The position numbers and the translations under genes are program-made. Below, in pieces: positions 51,277 through 61,983 of a stretch of DNA of 64,000 nucleotides. The notes under the pieces are model-generated. The model did no database searches. It was not told the origin of the DNA and worked only from the letters and a program-made list of their open reading frames with translations. Where the stretch lies: positions 96,001 through 160,000 of the forward strand of contig CAWJZV010000048.1 of assembly GCA_963847445.1 (NCBI GenBank). The letters run 5' to 3'. Source of the stretch: an uncultured delta proteobacterium (lineage in GTDB: Bacteria > Desulfobacterota > Binatia > UBA9968). Position 1 is the first letter of the stretch. Each line of letters starts with the position of its first letter.

Positions 51277-52398
51277 TCATCGCTGTTTGCGCACCAAGAA
51301 ATACAGCCGTCCCTGCCGGTTCATGTATCCCGCCAGTGCGCCAGCCTGATCGCCTGTGCCAAAATAATAATCCGCCCGCTGCGGCCCGCGAATCGCCCCG
51401 CCGGTATCTTGATTGAGCACGAAACGTGTAACCGGCCGCCATCCCGCCAATTCACCTTGTGGGCCGATGACGGGGATTTCCACCTGCACCAGCGCCAGCG
51501 CGCCGCGTGGGAACAATCGTGAATCGGTGGCGATGGATCGACCGGCGGTAACCGGCACGCCAAGACTGCCCAGCGGGCCGCCTTCATTGAGACGAAAGAA
51601 AACATAACTCTCATTGTAGGCAAGTATCTCATCCTGCTCGCCGGGATTTTCCACTAGGTAACGGCGCAGCCGCTGCATCGACATCTCTTCTTTGGAGACT
51701 TTGCCGTCGTCGATAAGCAAGCGGCCGATGCTGCGATAGGGCAAGCCGTTCTGCGCCGCGTAGCCGACGGTCACCTCCCGGCCATCGCGCAAGCGCAACA
51801 GACCCGAGCCCTGGATATGGAGAAAGAACAAATCGATGGGATCTTTGACCCAGGCGATTTCGAGAGCGCGGCCGCGCAGGGCGCCAAGCTGGTCGATCTC
51901 GCGGCGCGAATAATACGGCACCGGCAGTTCATTCTCGATCCTGCCGGGGGTCTTTTCATCGTTCTTGGCGCCGTTGGCGCCGGCTTGCTCCTGCCCTGGC
52001 AAATCCGCCGGCACACCGTAAATCGCATAGTCGAATCCGTCGCCCGGCGTCAAACTGCCGTCGATCACCGGCTGATAGTAGCCGGTAAAGAGGACCTCCG
52101 CTTGATCGGCTGCGGCGCTCGATGGAATGATTTCGAAAGCCGCGGCGATGGCGCGCGCCAGGCAATCGCGGCAATGCCAATGATCGAGCAATCGGTCGAA
52201 TGCGATCAAGGAGTCGATCAGCTCCCGTGCCGTGAACGGTCGCGGCTGCTCGCCGACGATCCGTTCCGCCGGCAATTTTTTTAGATAACCAATGCTGTGG
52301 CCGATTGCCAAACGCAGCGACGCGACGTCGAGATCGTCGCTCAGCGCCGGCCACGGCACAGTAACCGGAAGCGCACAGCCGGCCACGGCGATGGCCAT
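51277..52398 (-). CDS. mltA: Membrane-bound lytic murein transglycosylase A (true start possibly ~52445, frameshifted)
   Basis: Lipobox VAGC, FTGYYQP, FFLHIQGSG, YRSIGR, NESYVFF, QDTGGAIRG..RADYYFG. Confidence 0.9.
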   Translation of the reverse strand: MAIAVAGCALPVTVPWPALSDDLDVASLRLAIGHSIGYLKKLPAERIVGEQPRPFTARELIDSLIAFDRLLDHWHCRDCLARAIAAAFEIIPSSAAADQAEVLFTGYYQPVIDGSLTPGDGFDYAIYGVPADLPGQEQAGANGAKNDEKTPGRIENELPVPYYSRREIDQLGALRGRALEIAWVKDPIDLFFLHIQGSGLLRLRDGREVTVGYAAQNGLPYRSIGRLLIDDGKVSKEEMSMQRLRRYLVENPGEQDEILAYNESYVFFRLNEGGPLGSLGVPVTAGRSIATDSRLFPRGALALVQVEIPVIGPQGELAGWRPVTRFVLNQDTGGAIRGPQRADYYFGTGDQAGALAGYMNRQGRLYFLVRKQR

Positions 52399-52465
52399 GG
52401 CGACGCCAGAGAAATCAATTGTGAGAGCTTGCAGCGCAGAACCATTTACGGGAAACTCAGCCGCG

Positions 52466-52834
52466 GTGAATCATCAAGATATTCGCAAAGAAGTTGCCCG
52501 GCTCATCGACCGGCTGCCGCGCCAATTCCGCGAGCAACTGCGCAACGTCGAGTTCGTCGTCGAAGACCGGCCATCTGAAGAACTCCTGCTCGCCGAGGAG
52601 CTGGACCCTGAAGAAGAGACCCTCTACGGTCTATACCAGGGCATCCCGTTGCCGGAACGCTCGAGTCTCGATCCGCCGCTCTTGCCCGACAAGATCACCA
52701 TCTTCGCCGAGCCCCTTTTAGAAGACTTCCCCGACCCCGAAGAGCTGCGCGAAGAGATCCGCCTCACGGTGCTGCACGAAATCGCCCACTACTTCGGCAT
52801 GGACGAAGAAGAGATCGAAGATTTGGGGTACTGA
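52466..52834 (+). CDS. Zincin-like metallopeptidase (DUF1025)
   Basis: LYGLYQGIPL, PDKITIF, TVLHEIAHYFG (HExxH). Confidence 0.87.
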   Translation: MNHQDIRKEVARLIDRLPRQFREQLRNVEFVVEDRPSEELLLAEELDPEEETLYGLYQGIPLPERSSLDPPLLPDKITIFAEPLLEDFPDPEELREEIRLTVLHEIAHYFGMDEEEIEDLGY

Positions 52835-52837
52835 AGA

Positions 52838-52932
52838 AGACAGAGTATTGAGATAGAGACCGCCCTCCACCTTTGCCCGCTCTCATCCCGCCATCTCCTG
52901 TCTCTATCTCTATCTCGACTCTCTGTCTCTGT
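52838..52932. repeat. AGAGAT/AGACAG hexamer periodic hairpin between convergent genes
   Basis: agacagagtattgagatagagac / gtctctatctctatctcgactctctgtctctgt. Confidence 0.7.
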
Positions 52933-54022
52933 CTAGTCCCGGATATCCTGTAAAAACCACTCCGTCGGCAGCTCCCGTCCGACCTTGGCTTTCTTCGCCA
53001 GCTCGACCACCTTGCCGGCGCAGGCGGCGAATTGCAGCCCTTGGGTGCCGGCGTTGATGAAGAACGTCACCTGCTTATTGTTCTGCCGTCCGGGGACTTT
53101 GCCGGAGCGCACGTCCATGAAGTACTTGAAATAGTCGCCCTTGTAATTATCCACCGCCGGATTGGGAATGCGCGCCCGCTCTTCCGGCTGGCCGGCGATG
53201 TAGCCGACGTTGCCATGGAGGCGGACCATGCCTTCGTCCATCGCTTCAATGGTATTTCTGCCGAGCTTCACCGACAGGTCGCATTGCTTGATCACTGCGG
53301 GCCCAACTTCGCAGGCACGCACGCAGGTGATATGCGCGCCTTCTTTCAACCATTCGGGGTTGTCGAAAACCGTTTGCGTCGAGTCCGTGCAGGTCGCCAC
53401 GATGTCGGCCTCGCGCACGACTTTTTCCGGCGCGTCCACCGCCACGACTTCGATGTCGAGTTTACCGGTCATCTCCTGGGCAAATCGATCGCGGTTCGCC
53501 CTGGTCGGGCTGAAGACTTTCACCTTGCGCAGCTTGCGCACTTCGTAAATCGCTTCCAGATAGCTGCGCGCCATGCCGCCGGAGCCGAAGATGCCGACAT
53601 CGCAGGCGTCTTCGCGGGCGAGATATTTCACGCCCAGGCCGGCGCAGCCGCCGACCCGCATATGTTGCAGTCAAACCGTCGTTGATCATCGCCAGCGGTT
53701 CGCCGTTGCGCACGCTGAAGACCATCACCAAACCGCACCAGGTGCCGGGCTGCATGCAATATTTTTCTTCGGTCTCACCACCGGGCCAGTAGACCACATC
53801 CGATTTCATACGGATCGCGAACACGCCGATCTTGCGGCTCGCCCCCTCCATGGTGCCCCAGCGCCAGTAGCCGTCGGGCCGTTCACAGGGCATCCACAGA
53901 TCCAAGCGCGGCCGATAGACGGCGTCGCCGATCATCAGATCGTCGTAGCCGTCTTCGAGGGCGGCAAGACAATCTTTCATCGAGAACAGTTTTTCCACTT
54001 CCTGATTATTGATCAGTAACAT
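52933..54022 (-). CDS. Ornithine cyclodeaminase/mu-crystallin family protein (frameshift near 53670)
   Basis: FSVRNGEPLA, MRVGGCAGLGVKYLAR, IFGSGGMA, VFSPT, QGLQFAAC. Confidence 0.87.
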
Positions 54023-54351
54023 TCAACCTCCAAGACTGACTGTAATGGCTCAAAACGAAATCCCAGTAGACTTAATTCTATACGCCGCAGTGCTCTCAAC
54101 ATTCAAGTCATAGCCATTTTGCAGGCTTATACCTGCATGGCACCGACTACGCGCTGACAAATTTGCCCAGCGGCCGCTTCAATTGTCGCCGCGCCGATGG
54201 CTGCCGACGCCCGAATCGGCAGGATTTGGCCGGTTTGAAGAATCGAGTCTGACAGAACCGCAACCGTGGGCCGTGAGCCGAGTGGCACTGATGTTGCTCG
54301 CCCTATGGAAAGGAGAGCGCCAGCTCGATTGAAAAGATTTTGAATACCGCC

Positions 54352-55351
54352 ATGCTTAACATCATCATAACAGCGACCACTCTACTCGCCGCCGTTCTCC
54401 ATTTCACCCCCCTTGCCGCTGCTCAAGTGACAGGCGAGCTGGCACACAACCGGCTGGCCACCAACGAACAATTGAGCGACGCCGCCAGTCTGCACCAGCG
54501 CGCCTTGGGTAATCTCAAGGACGGCAACCCCGCGCGCGCCCTGGAAGATTTGCACGCATCAATCCAACTCAACCCGTATTATACCCAGTCGTACTATCTG
54601 CGCGGGCAGATCTTTGCGCAGCAGAAGGACTTCGCGCCGGGCGATTCACGACTTTGACAAGGCGATCGCCCAGGACAGTTCTTTCGCCAGCGCTTTGCAC
54701 CAGCGCGCCCTCGCCCACCAAGAGCGCCGCGACTACCGCCAAGCGCTCAAGGACTTCGACAACGCACTCGCCCTCGAACCGCTGAATGCCTTGACGCTGC
54801 GCGATCGCGCCATCGCCCACCGGGACGCCGGCAACTACGACCAGGCGGTGGACGACTACGAAGCGGCCATGCGTTTGGGCTTTAGCGCCGTCGATCCTCA
54901 TCCGATGGCCGACCTGTTATTTTTCCAAGGCCGCTTTCTCCAGAGCGCCCAGACCCTCCAGCAAGTGGTGCGCAGCAGACCGGACAACCGCCACGCCGCC
55001 CTGTGGCGCTATCTCGCCCTGGGTAAAGCCAATGACGATCGCGGCGCGGCGCGCGAGCTTGCCGAGCAATCGGCGCGCGCTGGGCTGGATAAACGCTGGC
55101 CAGCGGCCGTATTTGAATATTATCTCGGTAAGATCGACGAGTCTTCTTTGTATGCCGCCGCTGAGACGGCTGAAGAAAGCATAAAGACTGAGCAGCAATG
55201 CCAAGCCAATTTCTACGTCGCCGAAGCCAAGCTGCTCAAGGGCGCCAAGGACGAAGCAATTGCCCGGCTGCTGACCGCCAGAAGCCAATGCCCGCCCAAC
55301 ACGTCCTTTTTTCACGGCGCCAATGCCGAACTGAAACGCTTCGGTCAATGA
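54352..55351 (+). CDS. TPR repeat protein, NlpI-like (frameshifted)
   Basis: Signal peptide, TPRs (ALEDLHASIQLNP, AIHDFDKAIAQD, ALKDFDNALALEP), ALWRYLA, WPAAVFEYYLG, CQANFY. Confidence 0.8.
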
Positions 55352-55560
55352 ATCCTCTGCTATCGATGTTTGACGCCAGTTAACCACCATCCGCCGCTCG
55401 CCGAACCAAGCGCAGCGAAGACGATTCCCTGCTCCAGCCTCGCGCGCGACCGTAGTGCGCGCAGTTCTCCCATTGCGCGCCGCAACCGGGATTTTCAGTT
55501 TGACAAGCCCACCCGCTTGTCGCAAAGATAAGCCGAAATTTGGCCCGAGAGGAGATTACC

Positions 55561-56472
55561 TTGAAGATTCTTCGTTTCAACGACGACCAGATCGGCGTGA
55601 TCAAAAACGACAACATGGTCGTGGATGTCAGCAACACCATCAGCGCGCGCAAAGCCAAGGGGCCGCAGCGGGTGATGGAAGAGATCATCGACGGCTGGCG
55701 TAAATATCGTAAACGGTTCGAAAAGGTTTTGGCCGAGCAGGACGGCGTGCCGCTGGCGAGCGTGCAACTGCGCAGTCCGCTGGCGCGGCCCGGCAAGTTT
55801 CTTGCCGCCTTCAGCAACTACATCGACCGGCCAGAGCGCACCGCCGACAACTTTCCCAACGAGTATTTCTATAAGTCACCGGACCTGGTCGGCCCCGACG
55901 GCGAAGTCGAGCTGCGCGATATTCCTTCCTGTGTGGTTTATCAACCCGAAGCTGAGTTCGCCTTTGTCATCGGCAAGACCGCCAAGGACGTAACCGAAAA
56001 AAAGGCCCTGGACTATGTGTTCGGCTATGTGCCGATGTTCGACATCTCGACCCGCGGCATGGTGCGGCGCACCCAGTTCGTCGGCAAAGGCCAGGGTTCC
56101 CATGGCTGCTGCGGTCCGTGGATCATTACCAAGGATGAGATTCCCGATCCGCATAATGTCAACGTGAAATCCTGGACCAACGGCGAGCCCCGGCAGAACT
56201 ATAACACCGGCGCCATGGCCCATAAGATCCCCAACCAGATCGCCTGGCTGACCAAGCTCTTGACGCTCAACCCTGGCGACGTCGTCGCCACCGGAACTTT
56301 TCACGAAGGCTTGGCGCCGGTGAATTCCGGCGACACCATCGAGATCGAGTTCGCCAACATGGGCCGGGCCAAGTTCAAAGTCGTCGGCAACAGCCCGCGC
56401 AAAGACGTGCCCTGGCTGCCCGGCAAAAATCAGCCAACCCCGCCTCCCGGCGGCGGCATGCACATCGTCTAG
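55561..56472 (+). CDS. Fumarylacetoacetate hydrolase family protein
   Basis: SNY, FYKSP, EAEFAFVIGK, YVFGY..DISTR, GKG, GPWIIT, TLNPGDVVATGT; RBS GAGGAG. Confidence 0.88.
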   Translation: MKILRFNDDQIGVIKNDNMVVDVSNTISARKAKGPQRVMEEIIDGWRKYRKRFEKVLAEQDGVPLASVQLRSPLARPGKFLAAFSNYIDRPERTADNFPNEYFYKSPDLVGPDGEVELRDIPSCVVYQPEAEFAFVIGKTAKDVTEKKALDYVFGYVPMFDISTRGMVRRTQFVGKGQGSHGCCGPWIITKDEIPDPHNVNVKSWTNGEPRQNYNTGAMAHKIPNQIAWLTKLLTLNPGDVVATGTFHEGLAPVNSGDTIEIEFANMGRAKFKVVGNSPRKDVPWLPGKNQPTPPPGGGMHIV

Positions 56473-56477
56473 AAAAA

Positions 56478-56570
56478 TGGAGTGATGGAGTATTGGAGTG
56501 ATGGAATAATGGGTTCTCCGGAACCCATCACTTCCACACTCCATTACTCCAATCCTCCATTACTCCAATT
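56478..56570. repeat. Octamer TGGAGTAN periodic hairpin; overlaps the stop codon of the adjacent permease
   Basis: tggagtgatggagtattggagtgatgga / ccattactccaatcctccattactcca. Confidence 0.85.
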
Positions 56571-57322
56571 CCCTGCCCCGCTGCCACGGCAGCAACAACC
56601 GCTGCAAAAGATTGAATAGCTGATTGAGCGTGTAGCCGAGGAGCGCCAGGGCGAACATGCCGGCGTACATCTGCGCGACTTTGAAGCGGCGTTGGGAATC
56701 GAGCACGAAGTAGCCGATGCCGTCGGTGCTGCCGACCATTTCCGAGATCACCACGAGAATCAGCATGATCGGCAAGCTCACTCGCAGTCCGGTGATGATC
56801 TGTGGCGAACAGGCCGGCAAGATCACTTGCCAGATAATTTTTACCGCGCGACAGACCGAAGGTTCTGGCGGTGTTCAAGAGCACCCAGTCGATGCCGCGC
56901 ACACCGTCAATGGTATTTAAGAGAATCGGCCAGGCGCAGGAAAAGAAGATGACAAAGATCTTCATCTCGTCGCCCAAGCCGAAAAACAACAGCGCCACCG
57001 GGATCACCACCGGCGGCGGCACCGGGCGAAGCATCTCGACGATCACTGCGAAAAGCCGATAGATCGTCGGCGATAACCCCATAAAAATTCCCAGCGGGAT
57101 AAACACCACGGCGGCGAGCAAATAGCCCGCCAGCGCTCGTTTCATGCTGACGAGGATCTGCATGGGAATCTGCCCGGACCAGGTCAGCTCGGAAAATATT
57201 TTGAGAATCTTCGACGGCGGCGGCACGATCAGCGCATTGATCCACTCAGCCTGGGCAGCAAGCTCCCAGAGCGCTAGTAGCGTCAACAGAAACGCCATGC
57301 CGTTAAATCGCCGCAGTCCCAT
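56560..57322 (-). CDS. NitT/TauT ABC permease (frameshifted)
   Basis: EMLRPVPP, WPILLNTIDGV, ILPACSPQIITGLR, ISEM..GIGY. Confidence 0.87.
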
Positions 57323-58105
57323 CACGCCGCCTGCCGCGCCATCATGCCGTGGCGCCACTTCATCGCGCGGCTCTCGATCATCAAGAACAGCCGATTGAGC
57401 GCGTAGCCCAGCAGCGCGACGACGACGATTCCGGCGTACATGTTGGCGCTGTTCATCGCCCGTTCTTCATCGAGGATAAAAAAGCCCAGCCCGTTGCTGC
57501 CGGCGATCATCTCCGCGGTGGTGACGAGAATCAAGGCGATCGACAAGCCGATGCGCAATCCGGTGACGATATACGGCGACGCGCCAGGCAGAATGATTTG
57601 CCAGAGAATGCGCCAGCGGCTGAGACCGAAGGTGCGGCCGGTATCGATCAGCGTGGGGTCGATGTTACGCACGCCATCGATCGTGTTGATGAGAATCGGC
57701 CAGAGGCTGGCATAGACCGTGACACTGACGATCATGCCGTCACCGATGCCGAGTAAAAGAATCGCCACCGGAATGATCGCCACCGACGGCATCGGCCGCA
57801 GCAATTCGATCATCGTCGCCAGCAAACTATGCAAAGAAGCGAAAGTAGCCGAGCATCACTCCAGCGAGCACCGCCAACAAGCGCAGCCAGCAAGAAACCT
57901 TCGGCGAAACGCGCCAACGTGACCAGCGCATGCTGCGTAATCGAACCCGCGGCAAAGCGCCTGCCCGAGAGCACCGAGAATCCGGCTCACCGGCGGGAAG
58001 TAGAGTTCGAGCTTGGGCGTGGCGCGGGCGCCGAGCTCCCAGATGAGCAGCAACAGATGCGAAGCTCGACCAGCCCAGCCAATTGAAAGGTTTCGCCTGG
58101 TTCAC
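57322..58105 (-). CDS. NitT/TauT ABC permease (frameshifted)
   Basis: [41 protein letters not shown]. Confidence 0.87.
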
Positions 58106-58889
58106 GGCGCACCCTGGGTTGCCGATCTGCCGGTAAATGTCGTTGCGCAGCTCCATGAAGCGCGCGTCGGCACGGGTCGTCACTTGATGGCGCGGCCGGG
58201 GAAAATCGCTTTTAAGTTCTTGCATGATTTGCGACGGCCGCCGGCTCAGCACCCAGATGCGGTCGGAGAGATAAATCGCTTCTTCGATATCGTGGGTGAT
58301 GAACAGGATCGTCGTCTTGAGTTCCGCCCACAGCCGCAGCAGCGTGTCTTCGAGCTCCAGCCGCGTCAGGGCATCGAGAGACCCGAACGGTTCATCCATC
58401 AACAAAACCTCCGGCTCGTAGGCCAGCGCCCGGGCGATCGCCACGCGCTGCTGCATGCCGCCGGAGAGTTCCCAAGGATAGTGGCTTTCAAATCCTTTCA
58501 GGCCGACCAGCTCGATCAGCTTGCGCGCCTTATCTTCCGCTGCCGCCGCCCCCGTCGATCGCGCGCCGCGCGCTGCCAAACCGAAACGCACGTTGCCCAG
58601 CACCGACCGCCAGGCGAACAGCGACTTATTGTACTCCTGAAACAACAGCACCAAGTTGGCCGGCGGCCCGTTGACTTCCTTACCGTTGACGATGACGCGG
58701 CCGGAACTCGGCGCCAACAAACCGGCAATGGACATCAACAAGCGTCGTCTTGCCGCAGCCGGAAGGACCGACGAAGGAAACAAACTCGCCGGCCTCCACC
58801 TGGCAAGTAATATTGCCAATCGCCACGGTCGTTTCGCCACCGGCTTGCCGGTAGCTTTTCGAAAGGGATTGAACGTCGAGGATGGGCAC
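58102..58889 (-). CDS. NitT/TauT ABC ATP-binding protein (frameshifted)
   Basis: [44 protein letters not shown]. Confidence 0.9.
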
Positions 58890-58905
58890 GGGCGGGATGG
58901 CAGAA

Positions 58906-58989
58906 TGGAGTATTGGAGTGATGGAGTATTGGAGTGTTGGGTTCTTGATATCCCATCACTCCGATCACTCCACTACTCCATCACTCCAA
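58906..58989. repeat. Octamer TGGAGTAN periodic hairpin inside the ABC operon
   Basis: tggagtattggagtgatggagtattggagtgttgg / ccatcactccgatcactccactactccatcactcca. Confidence 0.85.
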
Positions 58990-59961
58990 CTGGGTTTTCA
59001 CGCTTTCGTCGCCAGATCGCTCAGCACATCCTTGCGCTTTGAGCGGCTTGGAGATCATCTTGTACTTGTAGGTCAGGTCCATGGTCACCTGGACATCTTT
59101 TTCGGCAATCGCTTTGTCAAATTGCGGCAAGCCGATCTTGCTGGCAAAGTCGGGGTTGAGGCCGGCCCATTTGATCATCGCCGCGCGCGCGCCTTCTTTG
59201 TCGGCGCGGATGGCGTCGACGCCGCGATTGATCGCGCGCACAAACCCCTGCGCGACGCCGCGGTTTTTCTGAATCCATTTATCGGAAGCGAACCAGCTGG
59301 CGATCAAAAAGCGCGGCAGGACATCGCCCCAGGGATTGGATAACACGCGGGCCTCCGGCCGGCGCGCCGCCACCGCGGCGAAGGGCTCCTGCACGCTGAT
59401 GGCGTCGACTTTGCCCGCGATTAACGCCGGTTCCATTTGCGGGAAGGGAATCTCGACGAACTTGACCTTACTCGCGTTACCGCCGTTTTTATCGACCCAG
59501 GCGAGGGCGAGTAAATGGACGATATTGTTGAGCGTGTTGACCGCGACGGTCTTGCCTTCGAGATCCTTGGCGCTCTTGATCGGCGAATCCTTGCCGACGA
59601 CGATCGCATGGGTTTCATTGCTGCCGCGAACGTTGGTCGCGCCGCCGGCGATGAGCTTGAAGTCGAAACCTTCGGCATGAGCTTGATAGAGCGAGATCAC
59701 GTTGGTCCAGCCGAATTGCAGGTCGCCCGAAGTCACCCCCTGGACGATCACCGCGCCGCCGGCCATCGGCACGGTTTCCAATTCGATGCCTTCCGCTTTG
59801 AAGAAACCTTTCTCCATCGCCATGAACATCGCCGCATTGTCGACGATCTTCATGTACCCCACCTTGCCCTTGGCCTGCGCCCAGGCGAAATCGCGCGCCA
59901 GCGAAAGGCCGGCGACACCGACGGTGACCGTGGTCAGGAAGTTACGACGTGAGATTTTCAT
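58981..59961 (-). CDS. NitT/TauT ABC substrate-binding protein with Tat signal
   Basis: SRRNFL twin-arginine motif, AMEKGFFKAEGIELE, DLEGKTVAVN, FPQM..AL..GKVDA. Confidence 0.9.
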   Translation of the reverse strand: MKISRRNFLTTVTVGVAGLSLARDFAWAQAKGKVGYMKIVDNAAMFMAMEKGFFKAEGIELETVPMAGGAVIVQGVTSGDLQFGWTNVISLYQAHAEGFDFKLIAGGATNVRGSNETHAIVVGKDSPIKSAKDLEGKTVAVNTLNNIVHLLALAWVDKNGGNASKVKFVEIPFPQMEPALIAGKVDAISVQEPFAAVAARRPEARVLSNPWGDVLPRFLIASWFASDKWIQKNRGVAQGFVRAINRGVDAIRADKEGARAAMIKWAGLNPDFASKIGLPQFDKAIAEKDVQVTMDLTYKYKMISKPLKAQGCAERSGDESVKTQLE

Positions 59962-60068
59962 CGAGCGGCTCCTTCTCGTCCTGTGCTTAAAATCAGTGAT
60001 AACGCACCACTAGATTCTTATTACAACCGCGAAACTAATAAAAGTAGTTGGACTGATTGACAAACAAG

Positions 60069-61949
60069 CTACAGATTCGGGCAGCTCAACCGAGGTTCTA
60101 CGGATTGGCGTGAAAGGCGGGCTCGCAGCCGCCGCTTGAGATCCTCGCCGACGCCTGGGTCGCGCGCTGAAATATCGACGAGCTCTTGTGGGTCGCCCGC
60201 CAAATCGTAAAGTAACGCTTCGCCGCTCTGGCAAGCGGCGATCAATTTATACTTGTCCCACCATATCGCAATCTTAGTTGGCAAGTAATGAACGATACCA
60301 TCGTATGGATATCGGTAATTGATTGCGACAACATCCGTTGGCGCCGGAACAGCGCCAAATTTGAGCGACTGTCCGTCCATCCAGTGCGGATTGGCAATGC
60401 CCACAACATTGAGAACCGTCGGCGCGATATCGAAGGACTGGGTTAGCCCCGCAACCCGTTCGCCCTTTTTCTGTCCGGGGTAGCGAATCAGCAATGGCAC
60501 CCGGGTGGAATTCTCAGACAAATCTTCACCATGCAAAAAATAGCCGCGTTCGAAGGACTCGCCGTGATCGGCAGTAAGGATCGCTAACGTGTTGTTGACG
60601 CTTGCCGTCGCTTCAAGAAACTTTCCCAGCTCCGCGTCCAGAGCTTTAATGGTCATTTCATAGAAACCCCGATAGGCGTCGACCGCCGGCTGAAACACTG
60701 GAGCGTATGGCGCGGAGAGCGCCAGTTGGCTGCCATCGACACGAACGGGAGCTGGCTCAAATCCCACAGGAATTTGATAAGGCCAATGCGGTTCCTGAAT
60801 ATGAACAAACAGAAAAAAAGGTGGGGGTAAACGCGCGATCAGATTCTTCACACGCGTCATCGTCTCGCTGATGTTACCTTCCATCGAAGCACGTCTTGGA
60901 AAAGCGAGAAGTGGGAAAATCCCCGCAAGATCTCCATACATGCGCCCACTGAAGCGGGTCGGATAGACACCAACATCGGTTAACCAGGAGAACAGGTTAA
61001 AGCCGAAGGCCATCTCTTCAGAGATATGCAATCCCGACCTCAAGCTCTGCAAGACCTCCGAGGCATCGCCGTTACTAGTCACGGCACCGATTGAGTACCC
61101 GTGGGCGCTCAAAAGGCTCAACAAGTTAAGTGGTTCAGGGCGTGGCGGGAATAATTCGCGATTCATTCTGCCATGGCTCAACGGGTGTCTGCCGGTCAAT
61201 AGCGTTAGCACACTCGTCATTGTCGTGGTGGCATTTGCATGCATCGCCAAATACGTACTGCTCGACTCGGCAAAGCGATCGATCGACGGTGTGGTCTTGT
61301 CCGTGTGCCCATACAGCGACATGCTCTGCGCTCTCAGCGAGTCGGCCACGATCAGGATCACATTGGCCCGATCCGCCGGCACCGCCGCGTTAGCAGCCGC
61401 CGCCGCAGGTTTATTCGCGCGGGCGGTCTCAATAATTCTCACGCTCACCGCTATAACCGTGGCGATCAACACCGGTACGACGACGCAAGAAAACATGTCT
61501 TGCCAACTTGGAATAATGTCCGTAGCGGGGGTGGGACTGATTTTCCGGCGCCTACGCAAGGCAAGGTACAGTGGGAAAATCACCAACAAGAGCAGCAATC
61601 CCACTGCTTTAGTGTTTGCCGGGTCGAGCTGCCAATTATCGAGCCAGCGCTTGAGAAAATAGCCGCTCGCAATGAAACAAGCGGATCGGCAAAGTGATTC
61701 ATTGACGCGGCGAACCACCGAAGCCTGCCAGCACAGACCGCCGAGGGTGACGACTCCGGCAAGCACCCCGATCCAAACAACTAAGGTCCAAAGCAGCGGC
61801 ACGCCACTGGTGAAACGGTCAAAAAAAGTCTCGTGACCGCTGCCGTAGACCGCTTGAAACTCAAGCGCCCAAAGGTAAACCACGAAACACAACCACGGTC
61901 GTAGGATGAGTCCGAATTGGCAATTCAAGGTGCGGGCGCCACCTAGCAT
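60069..61949 (-). CDS. Membrane-anchored sulfatase/alkaline-phosphatase-superfamily enzyme
   Basis: N-terminal TM helices, NVILIVADSLRA, TTTMTSVLTLLTG, FVHIQEPH.PY, TADHGE, RVPLLI, DIAPT, LYDL..DP.E. Confidence 0.82.
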   Translation of the reverse strand: MLGGARTLNCQFGLILRPWLCFVVYLWALEFQAVYGSGHETFFDRFTSGVPLLWTLVVWIGVLAGVVTLGGLCWQASVVRRVNESLCRSACFIASGYFLKRWLDNWQLDPANTKAVGLLLLLVIFPLYLALRRRRKISPTPATDIIPSWQDMFSCVVVPVLIATVIAVSVRIIETARANKPAAAAANAAVPADRANVILIVADSLRAQSMSLYGHTDKTTPSIDRFAESSSTYLAMHANATTTMTSVLTLLTGRHPLSHGRMNRELFPPRPEPLNLLSLLSAHGYSIGAVTSNGDASEVLQSLRSGLHISEEMAFGFNLFSWLTDVGVYPTRFSGRMYGDLAGIFPLLAFPRRASMEGNISETMTRVKNLIARLPPPFFLFVHIQEPHWPYQIPVGFEPAPVRVDGSQLALSAPYAPVFQPAVDAYRGFYEMTIKALDAELGKFLEATASVNNTLAILTADHGESFERGYFLHGEDLSENSTRVPLLIRYPGQKKGERVAGLTQSFDIAPTVLNVVGIANPHWMDGQSLKFGAVPAPTDVVAINYRYPYDGIVHYLPTKIAIWWDKYKLIAACQSGEALLYDLAGDPQELVDISARDPGVGEDLKRRLRARLSRQSVEPRLSCPNL

Positions 61950-61983
61950 ATCGCTGGTCGATTATAAAATGAGATGAGACAAG

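Noticed and set aside
522-58989. CRISPR arrays suggested by the periodic repeats
   Set aside because: Units are 6-9 nt with no unique spacers of about 30 nt, the arms are inverted, and no cas genes are present.
1-59961. Mass pseudogenisation or programmed frameshifting (pyk, pncB, accC, pccB, many ABC genes)
   Set aside because: Indels are scattered through essential and accessory genes alike, with catalytic motifs intact and no consistent slippery sites; long-read consensus error is the simpler explanation. Read polishing would settle it.
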